DNA from: Opitutia bacterium
GTDB lineage: Bacteria; Verrucomicrobiota; Verrucomicrobiia; Opitutales; T3Sed10-336
DNA: 64,000 bases
Assembly (NCBI GenBank): GCA_050506795.1
Contig: JBJHCF010000024.1
Coordinates: 1 to 64,000 of the forward strand
Direction of reading: 5' to 3'
The first letter of the stretch is position 1. Each line of letters begins with the position of its first letter. The translations under genes were made by a program, and so were the position numbers. The notes under the pieces were generated by a model. That model saw only the letters and a program-made list of their open reading frames with translations. It was not told where the DNA came from and searched no databases. Shown here in pieces: positions 9,846 through 19,848 of the stretch.

Positions 9846-10840
9846 GTCCACTCCTTTCTGACCTTGAGGATGAGGAAGAGGAAGAAGGGCGCGCCGATTA
9901 GCGCGGTGATGACGCCCAGCTTGAGGTCGCGATCAGCCGGCAGGAGTCGAATGAGGACGTCGGCCGCCGTCAAAAGCACCGCGCCTCCCAGCGCACTGGC
10001 CGGAAGGAGCCGGGCGGGATCGTGACGTACCAGCGGACGCAGGAGATGAGGAACGACCAGACCCACGAACCCGATGGCGCCGGCGAGCGCGGTAGCCGGT
10101 CCAACTGCCAGCGCGGCGCCGGCGATGATCAGCCAGCGAAGTTTCCGCATGGAGAATCCGAGGCTGGCGGCGGTGTCTTCACCCAGGGTCAGCGCTCTCA
10201 ATCCGGGGCCGCTCAGGAGTAACAGAAACGCGCCGATCACCATGAACGGCAGCACCAGGCCCAGTTCATCCCAGCCGCGGTTGGCGACCGAACCCAACAA
10301 CCAGTGAACGATCTCCAGGGCTGCGTAGGGGTTTGGAGCGAAGTTGAGCACCAGCGATGTGAGAGCTGCGGCCAGGGAGGAAACGGCTACTCCGGCCAGA
10401 ATGAGGGTCTGAATATTAGCCTTGCCCGACAAGGCGATGATTAGAGCGGTGGCGACCAACGCTCCCGCCAGCCCTCCCAACGGCAGGGCAAAAGGAATGG
10501 CGGCGAAGCCTCCGGTGTAGAGCACGAGAACGGCGCCCAGTGCGGCGCCGCCATTGACACCGAGGAGGCCGGAGTCGGCCAGGGGATTGCGGGTATAACC
10601 CTGGAGTGCGGCGCCGGTCAGGCCGAGCATTCCCCCGACCAGGAGCGCGGCCAGGGTGCGGGGTAGACGGATTTCGCGCAGAGCTACACCCATGAGGTTG
10701 TCATCGTCGGCCCGAAGCAGCGCAACCATTTCGGGGAGCGAGATAAATACCGTGCCGATACCGAGCGAGAGCAGGGTGACGAATCCCGCCAGAACGGTTA
10801 AGGCTCCAAAGAGCAGCAGATTTTCCCTCCGGGGAGTCAT
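9842..10840 (-). CDS. FecCD/BtuC family ABC permease
   Basis: IRLPR, QGYTRNPLAD, GAIGFVGLVVPH, G(V)ITALIGAPFF. Confidence 0.92.
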   Translation of the reverse strand: MTPRRENLLLFGALTVLAGFVTLLSLGIGTVFISLPEMVALLRADDDNLMGVALREIRLPRTLAALLVGGMLGLTGAALQGYTRNPLADSGLLGVNGGAALGAVLVLYTGGFAAIPFALPLGGLAGALVATALIIALSGKANIQTLILAGVAVSSLAAALTSLVLNFAPNPYAALEIVHWLLGSVANRGWDELGLVLPFMVIGAFLLLLSGPGLRALTLGEDTAASLGFSMRKLRWLIIAGAALAVGPATALAGAIGFVGLVVPHLLRPLVRHDPARLLPASALGGAVLLTAADVLIRLLPADRDLKLGVITALIGAPFFLFLILKVRKEWT

Positions 10841-11685
10841 GGCAGATGACGGCTGGCCTGTTTGTGCAGGCTTTCCGCGGCTTGTACCGTTAGATTGTTG
10901 CTGGCAGTGATCCAGGCGAGAGGAATCTCAAGTTGGTCCATTTGCCCGGCTACCTGGCGCAGTGCCCGGTGGGAGAGAAAACGGTCCCCCAGGGTGGGGT
11001 GTTCGGGGTGGTAGCGAGTGGACACGAGGAAACGCGGGGGATCGGTCAGCACCTGTTCCAGGGTGAGTCTGCGTTCGAAAACAATGCCCATCTCCGCGCC
11101 GGTGTTGCGGAATCCCGCGGCCTCCAGGACGGCGTGCATCATGGATATGGACCCGTGAGCGTGTCCTCCGTGTCCCACCGCCAGTGCGGTGGGGCGTTCC
11201 GGCCGGAGGCTTGTTTTTTGCTCAAGGACGTGCAAGCGGTTGTTCATTTCCTCGATCAACCGACGGGCTTCCTCCTCCGCGCCCAGCTGGCGTCCCAGCA
11301 CGGTAATCACCTCGCGCACCTCGCTGAAGGTATTGGGAACGGGGAGACGCAAAACCGGTATCCCCTGTCTCTCGGCGAATGCCAGGGCCTGACGGTTGCC
11401 GTGTTCTCCGGCCAGGAGGAGGTCGGGCTGTAATCGGAGGATTTCCTCGGCATCCCCGCGCAGGCCGGGAATACCGGCGGCTTTCTCCGCCAGCATCGAT
11501 AGTTCGGGATCCGCTGCCATAAAGGAAAGCGCGACGATTCGTTCGCGCTCCACCAGTTGGAGCAGGAGTTGGTCGGTGGCAAGATTGATGGAGGCGATGC
11601 GAACGTATTCCGCCTTCACGGTAAGAGTGGCGGCCATCAGGGTTAGTACGCTCAATAAGATTCGACCGGTCATTAGGGAATCCAT
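10837..11685 (-). CDS. BtuF-like periplasmic substrate-binding protein
   Basis: Signal peptide then RIASINLATDQLL, AEEILRLQPDL, LEQV; start taken at ATG 11685 (11673 also possible). Confidence 0.85.
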   Translation of the reverse strand: MDSLMTGRILLSVLTLMAATLTVKAEYVRIASINLATDQLLLQLVERERIVALSFMAADPELSMLAEKAAGIPGLRGDAEEILRLQPDLLLAGEHGNRQALAFAERQGIPVLRLPVPNTFSEVREVITVLGRQLGAEEEARRLIEEMNNRLHVLEQKTSLRPERPTALAVGHGGHAHGSISMMHAVLEAAGFRNTGAEMGIVFERRLTLEQVLTDPPRFLVSTRYHPEHPTLGDRFLSHRALRQVAGQMDQLEIPLAWITASNNLTVQAAESLHKQASRHLP

Positions 11686-11940
11686 TGCGCGTTCTCGCTG
11701 CGAGGCAGGCAAGGAGAAATTCGCAAGTCCGCCTGTGGAGCTTGATTGGGAAGGCCTGGGGTCTGGAAATGCATTCACTTTTTTGCTTGATTTCAAATAT
11801 TTATTAGGGAACAAGTTAGGGAGAATGTCGCATGCCGCTGAACCTGATCTGGAATTTGTTCGGTCCGCAGTGCTTTAGGAAGTATTCTGCGGTGGTATTT
11901 TTCAGCGCGGACGGTTTTGAGGTTAAACGAGGGGAGCAGG

Positions 11941-13005
11941 ATGAGGGAGGAGGTCTACGAAAGAACAGCGGGGGGGGGGCGTCGATGGGTGCGTGGGTAC
12001 CTCAACCAGCCCCTGCGTTTGGCCTTCTGGTTGGCTCTCGGATATTTTTGCTTTGCTTCGATTTATATCGTGTTGTCCAGCGAATGGGCGGCAAGGGTCG
12101 CGGAGACGCAGGAGCAGTTGCACCGGATCGAACAGACGAAAGGGTTCCTGTTTATCGTTATTACCACCCTCCTCTTGTTTCTGTTTGCGTTCCTGATGTT
12201 TCGTCGTGTGGCCCGTGACGAACGATCGTTATCCGATTATCGTGAGACGCTGCTCACCGCGAACCGGCGGGCGGTGGCGGGTTTGTTCGCGTCGTCGGTG
12301 GCCCACGACATCAACAATATTCTGATGGTGATAGAGAGTGTGACTGAACAGTTGGGCGACGTTCAGCCGGAAGAAAAGCAGACTATGCTGAACCAGTTGG
12401 GCACCGCCAACGAGGAACTTAAGAGCCTGGTGAAGAGGCTGGCCTCGGCACGGAGTGAACAGTTGTCTGAAAAGGAGTGCGAGTTCGATCTCTCGGCTGA
12501 GATTCGAAAGATCACCGGTCTGGTGCGTTCGCATCGAAAGGCCCGCTGGTGCAACTTCCAGGTTGAGGGGCCGCCGAATTTGAAAGTTGTCGGCCGGCCG
12601 GCACTCTATCATCAGATCCTGTTGAATCTGCTGATCAACGCGGCGGAAGCCACCGGTGGAAGAGGCAACGTGCGGGTCTTGGCGCGCAGTGATGGAGACG
12701 AACTTGTCATCGAAGTGCATGACGACGGCCCCGGGATACCGCTGGAACGTCGGGCTGAGATTATGGAGCCTTTCGCCACGACCAAACCCGACGGATGTGG
12801 TTTGGGCCTTCTTTCAGTGCGGGTTTGCGCTGAAGCACAAAGCGGAACGGTGAGCGTGGGAGATTCTGATCTGGGCGGCGCCTGTTTTATCGTCACGGTT
12901 CCGAAGAAGAGCATGTCGGCGACCGGTCTCGCGGCGATGGCGCCGGATTCTCATCCGGAGGGCGGTGTTCACAGCGGGAGTGAACCTTTTCATTTTCGCC
13001 ATTAA
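11941..13005 (+). CDS. Orphan sensor histidine kinase with two N-terminal TM helices
   Basis: H box AHDINN, N box LLNLLINA, DDGPG, PFATTK, GCGLGL; no adjacent response regulator. Confidence 0.9.
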   Translation: MREEVYERTAGGGRRWVRGYLNQPLRLAFWLALGYFCFASIYIVLSSEWAARVAETQEQLHRIEQTKGFLFIVITTLLLFLFAFLMFRRVARDERSLSDYRETLLTANRRAVAGLFASSVAHDINNILMVIESVTEQLGDVQPEEKQTMLNQLGTANEELKSLVKRLASARSEQLSEKECEFDLSAEIRKITGLVRSHRKARWCNFQVEGPPNLKVVGRPALYHQILLNLLINAAEATGGRGNVRVLARSDGDELVIEVHDDGPGIPLERRAEIMEPFATTKPDGCGLGLLSVRVCAEAQSGTVSVGDSDLGGACFIVTVPKKSMSATGLAAMAPDSHPEGGVHSGSEPFHFRH

Positions 13006-13057
13006 CGGTTGAGCCCGGCAAAAAACTAGTCTTGTTTAAGGCCGGCGTATCCGTCCT

Positions 13058-14176
13058 ATGCTGGCTTATCTTCGCAGTCTATTCAATCGGCATTTTTCCG
13101 ACCCCCAGGTCATCATCCTCGTCCTGTTGCTGATTGTCGCCTTTTCCGTAATTGCGCTTTTCGGAAGACTGCTGGCTCCGGTTTTGGCGAGCGTAATCAT
13201 CGCTTACCTGCTGGATGGACTGGTGGGGGCCTTGCGTGGGAGAGGGATTCCGCGCTGGTTGTCCGTTCTGTTTGTTTTTGTCATTTTCATGAACGGACTC
13301 TTTTTCACCATCTTCGCCCTCATACCCCTCCTGTACCGGGAAATCACCCGGCTGATCCAGGAAATGCCTCGGATGATTCTGGCTCTTGAAGCCTACCTTC
13401 TGGATTTGCCCGATCGTTACCCCGAACTTTTCAATGAAGAGCAAATCCAGGGTTTGATCCGGAACTTGCGTCCGGAAGTGGAGCGTTTGGGCGAGACCGT
13501 GTTGTCGGCATCCCTGGCCCTTTTGCCCACCGTTATGGCGGTGGTGGTCTATCTGGTGTTGATGCCCTTGATGGTCTTCTTCTTTCTCAAGGACAAGGTT
13601 AAGATCCTCAACTGGTTCAAGAGTTACCTGCCACGGGACCATTCTCTGGCCGGACAGGTGTGGCGGGAAACCAATCGACAGATCGCCAATTACATCCGCG
13701 GCAAATTCTGGGAAATCATCATCGTGGGTGTTGTGACCTATGTGACATTTTTCCTGCTCAACCTGAATTATGCCATGCTGCTCGCGGTCCTGGTGGGCTT
13801 CTCGGTGTTGATTCCCTACATCGGTGCGGCGGTGGTCACGTTCCCCATCCTGGGAATCGCCTATTTTCAATGGGGCTGGAGTCCCGAGTTGGTCTACGTC
13901 ATGATCGCCTACGCGGTGATTCAGACCCTGGACGCCAACGTGCTTTTTCCCCTGTTGTTTTCCAAGGTGGTGGATCTGCATCCGGTGGCAATCATTGTTG
14001 CCCTTTTGTTTTTCGGTGGGATCTGGGGTTTTTGGGGGATTTTCTTCGCCATTCCGCTCGCCACCCTGGTCAAAGCGGTGTTGAGTTCCTGGCCTCGCAC
14101 CAACCAGATGATCAGCGCTGAGGCAAGCGCGCCAGTGGAGTTGAATGAAAGCGAGGTTTCCTCCGGAAAGGGGTAG
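13058..14176 (+). CDS. AI-2E (PerM) family permease
   Basis: APVLASVIIAYLL, NYIRGK, LIPYIG, VDLHPVAII, WGFWGIFFAIP. Confidence 0.92.
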   Translation: MLAYLRSLFNRHFSDPQVIILVLLLIVAFSVIALFGRLLAPVLASVIIAYLLDGLVGALRGRGIPRWLSVLFVFVIFMNGLFFTIFALIPLLYREITRLIQEMPRMILALEAYLLDLPDRYPELFNEEQIQGLIRNLRPEVERLGETVLSASLALLPTVMAVVVYLVLMPLMVFFFLKDKVKILNWFKSYLPRDHSLAGQVWRETNRQIANYIRGKFWEIIIVGVVTYVTFFLLNLNYAMLLAVLVGFSVLIPYIGAAVVTFPILGIAYFQWGWSPELVYVMIAYAVIQTLDANVLFPLLFSKVVDLHPVAIIVALLFFGGIWGFWGIFFAIPLATLVKAVLSSWPRTNQMISAEASAPVELNESEVSSGKG

Positions 14177-14272
14177 AGAATCTGTGGATTCCCGCGCCTT
14201 GGCTTTGAGATCCCGGATTTAGGCGTCCGGCAACGGGAAACCGTTAACCGACAGCGAAACCCCCGACCCCGT

Positions 14273-14884
14273 TCACTGCAGGATCACGAATTCGACCCGC
14301 CGATCTTCGGCCATTTGCGCTTCGGTGCCGCCCACCGCGGCTTCAAGGTCACCCATGGAAAGCACTTCGATCCGGCTGCGGGGAATTCCCAGATTCTGCA
14401 GATATTCGCTTACGCTGGAGGCGCGGCGATCACCCAAACCCAGATTGTATTCCGTGGTGCCCCGCCAGTCGCAGTGTCCTTCCAGAAGGATATTCTGGTT
14501 CGGATTCTGCCTCAGGTGTTCGGCGACTTGCTCGATCTTCGAGCGTTCTCCCGGACGAATGTTGGAGCGGTCGAATTCGAAGTAAACCGATTCGAAAAGT
14601 CCGCGCACCCGTTCGCCGTTACCAAAAGGCTCGCGCTGCTCCAGGATCGGGTCCAGTTGCATGCCCCCGAAATCCTCCAGAAACTGCGAGCTGGTCAGAT
14701 CCTCGGCCATGCCTGCGCGATCGGCAGGTCGCGTGGCGGCATCACCCAAATAGCCCGATTCGTAGGCCTCATCACCGATCATGGTCTGATCGGGGCTGGG
14801 CCGCGGACGCTCCTGACAAGCGGAAAAAAGGCTGATGACGCACAGGCCGAAAAGGAGGATCAGGATGGATTTACAGGACTTCAT
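14273..14884 (-). CDS. pal: Pal/OmpA-domain lipoprotein
   Basis: Lipobox FSAC; VYFEFDRS, EGHCDWRGTTEYNLGLGDRRA, DRRVEF. Confidence 0.8.
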   Translation of the reverse strand: MKSCKSILILLFGLCVISLFSACQERPRPSPDQTMIGDEAYESGYLGDAATRPADRAGMAEDLTSSQFLEDFGGMQLDPILEQREPFGNGERVRGLFESVYFEFDRSNIRPGERSKIEQVAEHLRQNPNQNILLEGHCDWRGTTEYNLGLGDRRASSVSEYLQNLGIPRSRIEVLSMGDLEAAVGGTEAQMAEDRRVEFVILQ

Positions 14885-15002
14885 GGAAACGGTTTTTGGA
14901 TTTGCAGCTACTACAGATTGCGAAGGCTGGTGAAAGTTCGCAAGACAAATTGAAGATCGCCGGACGGTGGCGTGACCGGTAAATATAGGTATTCATAGGT
15001 GT

Positions 15003-15863
15003 ATGGAACGTGACAAGCAAGAAGCGATGCCCGCCGAGGAAGTTTTCCTGGTTGATAACGGGTCTTTACGCCCGGAGGCCACCTGGAATCTGCGCCGGGT
15101 GGCGAAACTCCTCTCGGATCGATGCGGGCGGCGGGTGTGCCCGGTTTCCCTCCTTCATTCGCACAAGGTTCCGGCCGAGGAGCTCGGGGGGAGGGCGGCG
15201 GAGATTTTCGACTCGGCCCTTACCGGGCGTGCGGCACAGGGGATGCGGGATTTTCGGGTCGTACCCTTTTTTTTCGGGCCCAGCCGGGCGCTGACTGATT
15301 ATATGCCCGCACGTGTCCGGCGCTTGCGACGCGAGTTCCCCGGGCTGCGGGTGCGGCGGGCGCCGCCTCTGGTCGACACGATCCCGAACGACGAAGAGCG
15401 CGTGGCGTCGATTTTGGCCGACGGGGTGCTCGCCCGACTGGAATCGGGATCGAATCCGGCGGTGGCTTTGGTCGATCACGGTAGTCCGGCGCCGGAAGTC
15501 ACGGAAGTGCGGAATCGGGTGGCGGTGCGGCTGGGGGCAATTCTCGGAGATCGGGTCGCCCGGGTCGAGGCGTCGTCCATGGAAAGGCGGGAGGGTGAGG
15601 AGTATCGCTTTAACGAGCCCTTGCTGAGCAGCCTGCTGGGAACCCCCGGGTTTGACGGTGGCACGGTGGTCATTTCGATGATGTTTCTCTCCCCTGGGCG
15701 GCATGCCGGTCCGGGAGGCGATGTGGCTGCGATTTGCGCCGAGGCTGAGAAAATGCATCCGGGCCTGCGAACGGTGATGACCGCGTTGGCCGGTGAGCAT
15801 GAGGGAGTCGTGGAGATCCTGCTTGATCGCTTGAATACCGAAACGTGTCTTATCGATCTCTGA
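15003..15863 (+). CDS. CbiX/SirB-like two-domain chelatase
   Basis: VDNGSLRP and VDHGSP repeats; VVPFFFGPS; MMFLSPGRHAG. Confidence 0.8.
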   Translation: MERDKQEAMPAEEVFLVDNGSLRPEATWNLRRVAKLLSDRCGRRVCPVSLLHSHKVPAEELGGRAAEIFDSALTGRAAQGMRDFRVVPFFFGPSRALTDYMPARVRRLRREFPGLRVRRAPPLVDTIPNDEERVASILADGVLARLESGSNPAVALVDHGSPAPEVTEVRNRVAVRLGAILGDRVARVEASSMERREGEEYRFNEPLLSSLLGTPGFDGGTVVISMMFLSPGRHAGPGGDVAAICAEAEKMHPGLRTVMTALAGEHEGVVEILLDRLNTETCLIDL

Positions 15864-15871
15864 AGAGGGAA

Positions 15872-16366
15872 TCAGTCGCTGGGACGATCATCCAGCACCA
15901 GGGCGTAACGGTTTTCGGAAATAAAGCGGAAATCACCGTCGTGCAGGCTCCCGTCGTCCTCCCTGCGGTCGAAACGCCTGAGATGGTCTTCCGAGACTTC
16001 CGGATCAAGGACCGCGATGGCGGTGCGAACGCCGTGTTGATTGCGAATCCACTCCCACTGGCCGCCGAAGGGCGTGGGTTGATTCCAGTCGAAGCGTTCC
16101 AGGAACGCCTCAAGTCCCTCCGGAGACTGACCGGGCCCCCGTGGGGGCGGCGGTTCCTCGTGGTTTATGGCGTACAGCGAGACCGCGCCGCTGATGCGCC
16201 GAAGGTCATTGAGGAACGACTGGTTGCGATTGTTCTCGCGCATCCGGTCGGCAATGGGGTAGGCCACGGCGGCCAGCAGGGCGAGAATGGCGATCAGCGT
16301 GACGATTTCGAGCAGCGAAAAACCAAACGAGCGGTTCCCCTTTCGGTCCTTGGACGGGTTTTTCAT
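15872..16366 (-). CDS. Type IV pilin-like / T2SS pseudopilin
   Basis: Prepilin motif G|FSLLEIVTLIAILALLAAVAYP after a basic leader; start moved to ATG 16366. Confidence 0.85.
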   Translation of the reverse strand: MKNPSKDRKGNRSFGFSLLEIVTLIAILALLAAVAYPIADRMRENNRNQSFLNDLRRISGAVSLYAINHEEPPPPRGPGQSPEGLEAFLERFDWNQPTPFGGQWEWIRNQHGVRTAIAVLDPEVSEDHLRRFDRREDDGSLHDGDFRFISENRYALVLDDRPSD

Positions 16367-16433
16367 GCAAGTACTGACGCTATTTCCGGCGGAGGGTTCC
16401 GTCAACAGATTGTTAGTCCGCAGCGGCCAACTT

Positions 16434-18284
16434 TTAATCCATGGCGGCATCGAGAATCTTGTGAACGCGATCCACGATACGTCGGGGGTCGTCCAGCAAG
16501 CCGGCTGAGATCAGGGCGTTATCAAAGATCTGCTCGGCCGCCAGTTTGGCCAGCGGTTCGTTTTTGCCGCGCAGGGCGGCGATTTTGCGGACAAGGTTGT
16601 GACGCGGATTGATTTCGAGATTGACCCGCACGGTGTCGTCGAAATCCGGAGTCATGTTTTTCATCATCCGGCGCATGGTCGGGGTCATCATCTTATCCGC
16701 GTTGAGTACCAGGGCGGGACTCTTCACCAGACGTTTCCCCGGGGCGACCTCGGCCACTCGGTCTCCCAGGGTATCGCGCAGCCAGCGACACAGGTCGCGG
16801 GTTTCGTCCTCGGTCAGCGCCTCGCCCTGATGCGAACCCAGGTCTTCCAGTTTCAAGTCAGACTGATCGGCGGAGGCGAACCGTTTGCCCTCGAATTCCT
16901 GGAGGTTGTTCATGACAAACTCGTCGATCGGCTCGAAGAGGTAGAGCACCTCGAGATTTCTGGCTCGGAAGGCCTCCAGGTACGGACCGCTCTCGATCGA
17001 CTCGCGGTTGGGTCCGGAAAGGTAATAGATTTCCTCCTGATTTTCGCGGGCGCGTGAAAGGTAATCGCTCAGGCTGGTCAGGGCTCCTTTTTCGGTCAGG
17101 TTCGACTCGAAGCGCAACAGCCTGGTCAATTGCTCGCGGTGCTGGAAATCGGTGGCCGCGCCTTCTTTGATGAAAAAGCCGAATTGACGGAAGAACTCGG
17201 TGTAGCCGTCGGGCCGTTTTTCGACCTCCTCCTCCAGGAACTTGAGAAAGCGCCGGGTGAGCAGGCGATTGAGTTTCTGCACCAGCGAACTGTCCTGCAT
17301 GGTCTCGCGGGAAATGTTCAGGGGCAAGTCCTCGCTATCCACCACCCCTTTGAGGAAACGCAGCCAGTCCGGTAGAAGCCCCTTGGGTTGATGGTCGATT
17401 AGGATCTTTCGGCAGTGGAGGGCCACCCCGGGATCAATCCGTCCGAACCCAAGGCGTTCCGGGTTTTCCTTCGGGGTGAAGAGCAGGGCGTTGATGGCAA
17501 TTGGAGCGTCGGCGTTGAAGTGGAGCCGGTAACGCGGTTCGTCAAAGGCGTTGGCGGTGAATTTGTAAAATTCGGTGTACTCCTCGTCTTTAATTTCGTT
17601 TTTGTTGCGCATCCAGAGCGCCTGGACGGTGTTCACCTTTTCGCCGTTGAGGGTGATCGGGAACTGGACGAAACTGGAATAGCGGCGGAGAATCGACTTC
17701 ACCCGGTCGGCGCCGGCGAACTCCTTGCCCTCGTCACGCAGTTCCACCACGATCTTGCAGCCCCGGCGCTGCCCTTCGGCCGGCTCGATTTGGTAGCTGC
17801 CCGCGCCGTCGCTGGTCCAGCACCAGCCCGACTCATCCTTTTTCCAGGATCGAGTGAACACGCGCACTCGCTTGGCCACCATGAATGCGCTGTAAAAGCC
17901 GACGCCGAACTGGCCGATGAGATTTTCTCCTTTGCCGCCGCTTTCGCGCAGGGCCTGGAGGAAAGCTTTGGAGCCGGAGTGTGCGATGGTGCCGAGGTTG
18001 GTCACCAGTTCGTCGTGAGTCATGCCCACGCCGAAATCCTGGATCGTGATGGTTTTGGCGGTGTCGTCGGTGGTGATATTGATTTCCAGCGGCAGCCGGT
18101 CGTCGAAGATCTCCTTTTCGGTGAGCTGGATATGACGAAGTTTTTCCAGCGCGTCCGAGGCGTTCGACACCAATTCACGGACGAAGATTTCGTGGTCCGT
18201 GTAGAGCGAGTGAATCACGATATCCAGCAGTTGCTGAACTTCGGCTTGGAACGTGTGTTTTTCAGGTTGAGTGGATGTGCTCAT
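16434..18284 (-). CDS. htpG: Chaperone HtpG (Hsp90)
   Basis: FQAEVQQLL, RELVSNASDA, NLGTIAHSG, IGQFGVGFYSAF, LPLNISRE. Confidence 0.98.
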   Translation of the reverse strand: MSTSTQPEKHTFQAEVQQLLDIVIHSLYTDHEIFVRELVSNASDALEKLRHIQLTEKEIFDDRLPLEINITTDDTAKTITIQDFGVGMTHDELVTNLGTIAHSGSKAFLQALRESGGKGENLIGQFGVGFYSAFMVAKRVRVFTRSWKKDESGWCWTSDGAGSYQIEPAEGQRRGCKIVVELRDEGKEFAGADRVKSILRRYSSFVQFPITLNGEKVNTVQALWMRNKNEIKDEEYTEFYKFTANAFDEPRYRLHFNADAPIAINALLFTPKENPERLGFGRIDPGVALHCRKILIDHQPKGLLPDWLRFLKGVVDSEDLPLNISRETMQDSSLVQKLNRLLTRRFLKFLEEEVEKRPDGYTEFFRQFGFFIKEGAATDFQHREQLTRLLRFESNLTEKGALTSLSDYLSRARENQEEIYYLSGPNRESIESGPYLEAFRARNLEVLYLFEPIDEFVMNNLQEFEGKRFASADQSDLKLEDLGSHQGEALTEDETRDLCRWLRDTLGDRVAEVAPGKRLVKSPALVLNADKMMTPTMRRMMKNMTPDFDDTVRVNLEINPRHNLVRKIAALRGKNEPLAKLAAEQIFDNALISAGLLDDPRRIVDRVHKILDAAMD

Positions 18285-18314
18285 GGAATTGCGGATTTTT
18301 TAAATAAATCGAAA

Positions 18315-19796
18315 TTAGCCGGCTTCCGCCCGGACTTCTTCCGCCGCCGGTTCCGCCGGCTCTTCGTCCTCGCCGCTCCCGAAAACCGCGGCAATTTGGC
18401 TGGCCAGAATGACGGCGATGGCAATGGGAGCCACATAACGGATCATGATCTGCCAGAGTTTTTCCAGCCGAAAATTCGGCGTGCCGGTTTGGATTGCCAG
18501 GGAGGCGTTCTTCAGTCCCCAGGCCCAACCGACAAAGAGGGCCAGCCCGAGCGCGCCCACCGGGAGGAAAAAGCGAAAAGTGATAATGTACAGGAGGTCG
18601 AAAAAGGAGACGCCAAAGAACCCTCCGTCGGAGAGCCAGTCAACCGCTCCCTGGCTCAGGGCGGAGGGAATGGCCAGAAGGAAGATGATACCGCCGAGAC
18701 CCCAGGCTGCCTTTTTGCGCGGAATTTTCCAGTCGTCGACAAAATGCGCCGTGACCACCTCCAGCAGGCTGATGGCTGACGTCAGGGCGGCGATGGCGAG
18801 GAGCAGGAAAAAGGCCGAGCCGAAGATCGCCGTGACGGCGGCGCCCCCCGGTAGCTCCACCAGAATCTGCGGAAAGATGACGAACACCAGGCCGGCGCCC
18901 TGGGCCACCAGATCTTCGGCCTCGGCGCCATGAACCGCGACCATGAAGAAGATGACCGGAAACACGATCAACCCGGCGAAAATGGCAATCAGGCTGTCGG
19001 TAGTCACCACGTAGCCGGCGGAGGAGGGGAGGCACTCCTCTTTGCGCAGGTAACTGCCATAGGTGATCATGACTCCCATCCCAAGACTGAGCGAGAAAAA
19101 GGCTTGTCCCATCGCCATAATGATCACGTCACGGTTGATCGCGTTGAAATCCGGCTTCAGGTAGTGGCGCAACCCCTCGCCGGCGCCCTCCAGGGTGATC
19201 GAGCGTCCGATCAGCAGAATAAGCAGCACGAAAAGCAGGGGCATCATGATTTTGACCGCGCGCTCGATGCCTTTACGGACGCCGGCCGCGACAATGGCGA
19301 TGGTGGCGATCATGAATATGGCCACGAAGAGGATCTCGTATCCCGGATTCGCGGTCATCGTGGTGAACATTTCCCCGAAATAGGTCGCGCTGTCCTGACC
19401 CTCGGGAACTTTCAGGGCTCCCCCGGCAGCCTGGATGAAATAGAAAACGGTCCAGCCGGCGATTACGGAGTAAAAGGAAAGAATAACGAAACCCGTGATC
19501 ACTCCAAGGACTCCGACCAGGTACCAGGGAGTCCCCGGTTTCAAGTGCTGCAGCGCTCCCACCGCGTTCTTTTCCCCCGCCCGGCCGATGACCATTTCCG
19601 CCAGCATCACCGGGAGACCGACCAGGAGGATGCAGAGGATATAGACGAGGACAAAACCGCCGCCCCCGTTCTGGGCGGCGGTGGTGGGGAAGCCCCAGAT
19701 ATTGCCCAATCCGACCGCCGATCCCGCCGCCGCAAGCACGAAGGCGAAACGTGAGCTCCACAAGCCCCGTCCGTTCTGTGTTCCTGTTTCCTGCAT
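18315..19796 (-). CDS. Sodium-dependent transporter, NSS/SNF family
   Basis: AAGSAVGLGNIWGFP, GQAFFSLSLGMG, AALTSAISLLE. Confidence 0.93.
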   Translation of the reverse strand: MQETGTQNGRGLWSSRFAFVLAAAGSAVGLGNIWGFPTTAAQNGGGGFVLVYILCILLVGLPVMLAEMVIGRAGEKNAVGALQHLKPGTPWYLVGVLGVITGFVILSFYSVIAGWTVFYFIQAAGGALKVPEGQDSATYFGEMFTTMTANPGYEILFVAIFMIATIAIVAAGVRKGIERAVKIMMPLLFVLLILLIGRSITLEGAGEGLRHYLKPDFNAINRDVIIMAMGQAFFSLSLGMGVMITYGSYLRKEECLPSSAGYVVTTDSLIAIFAGLIVFPVIFFMVAVHGAEAEDLVAQGAGLVFVIFPQILVELPGGAAVTAIFGSAFFLLLAIAALTSAISLLEVVTAHFVDDWKIPRKKAAWGLGGIIFLLAIPSALSQGAVDWLSDGGFFGVSFFDLLYIITFRFFLPVGALGLALFVGWAWGLKNASLAIQTGTPNFRLEKLWQIMIRYVAPIAIAVILASQIAAVFGSGEDEEPAEPAAEEVRAEAG

Positions 19797-19848
19797 AGGT
19801 GTGCCTTGGTTTCCTGATCGGACCTTGGAAAACGTTTCTCCGGCAGGT

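Noticed and set aside
11686..11940. Cobalamin riboswitch upstream of the BtuF-like gene
   Set aside because: No B12-box or conserved GGGAA/GCCACTG core found on the minus strand; it looks like an AT-rich divergent promoter region.
14177..14272. Three small hairpins between the AI-2E gene and pal
   Set aside because: Stems of only 5 bp between convergent genes; not enough to call an ncRNA or terminator.
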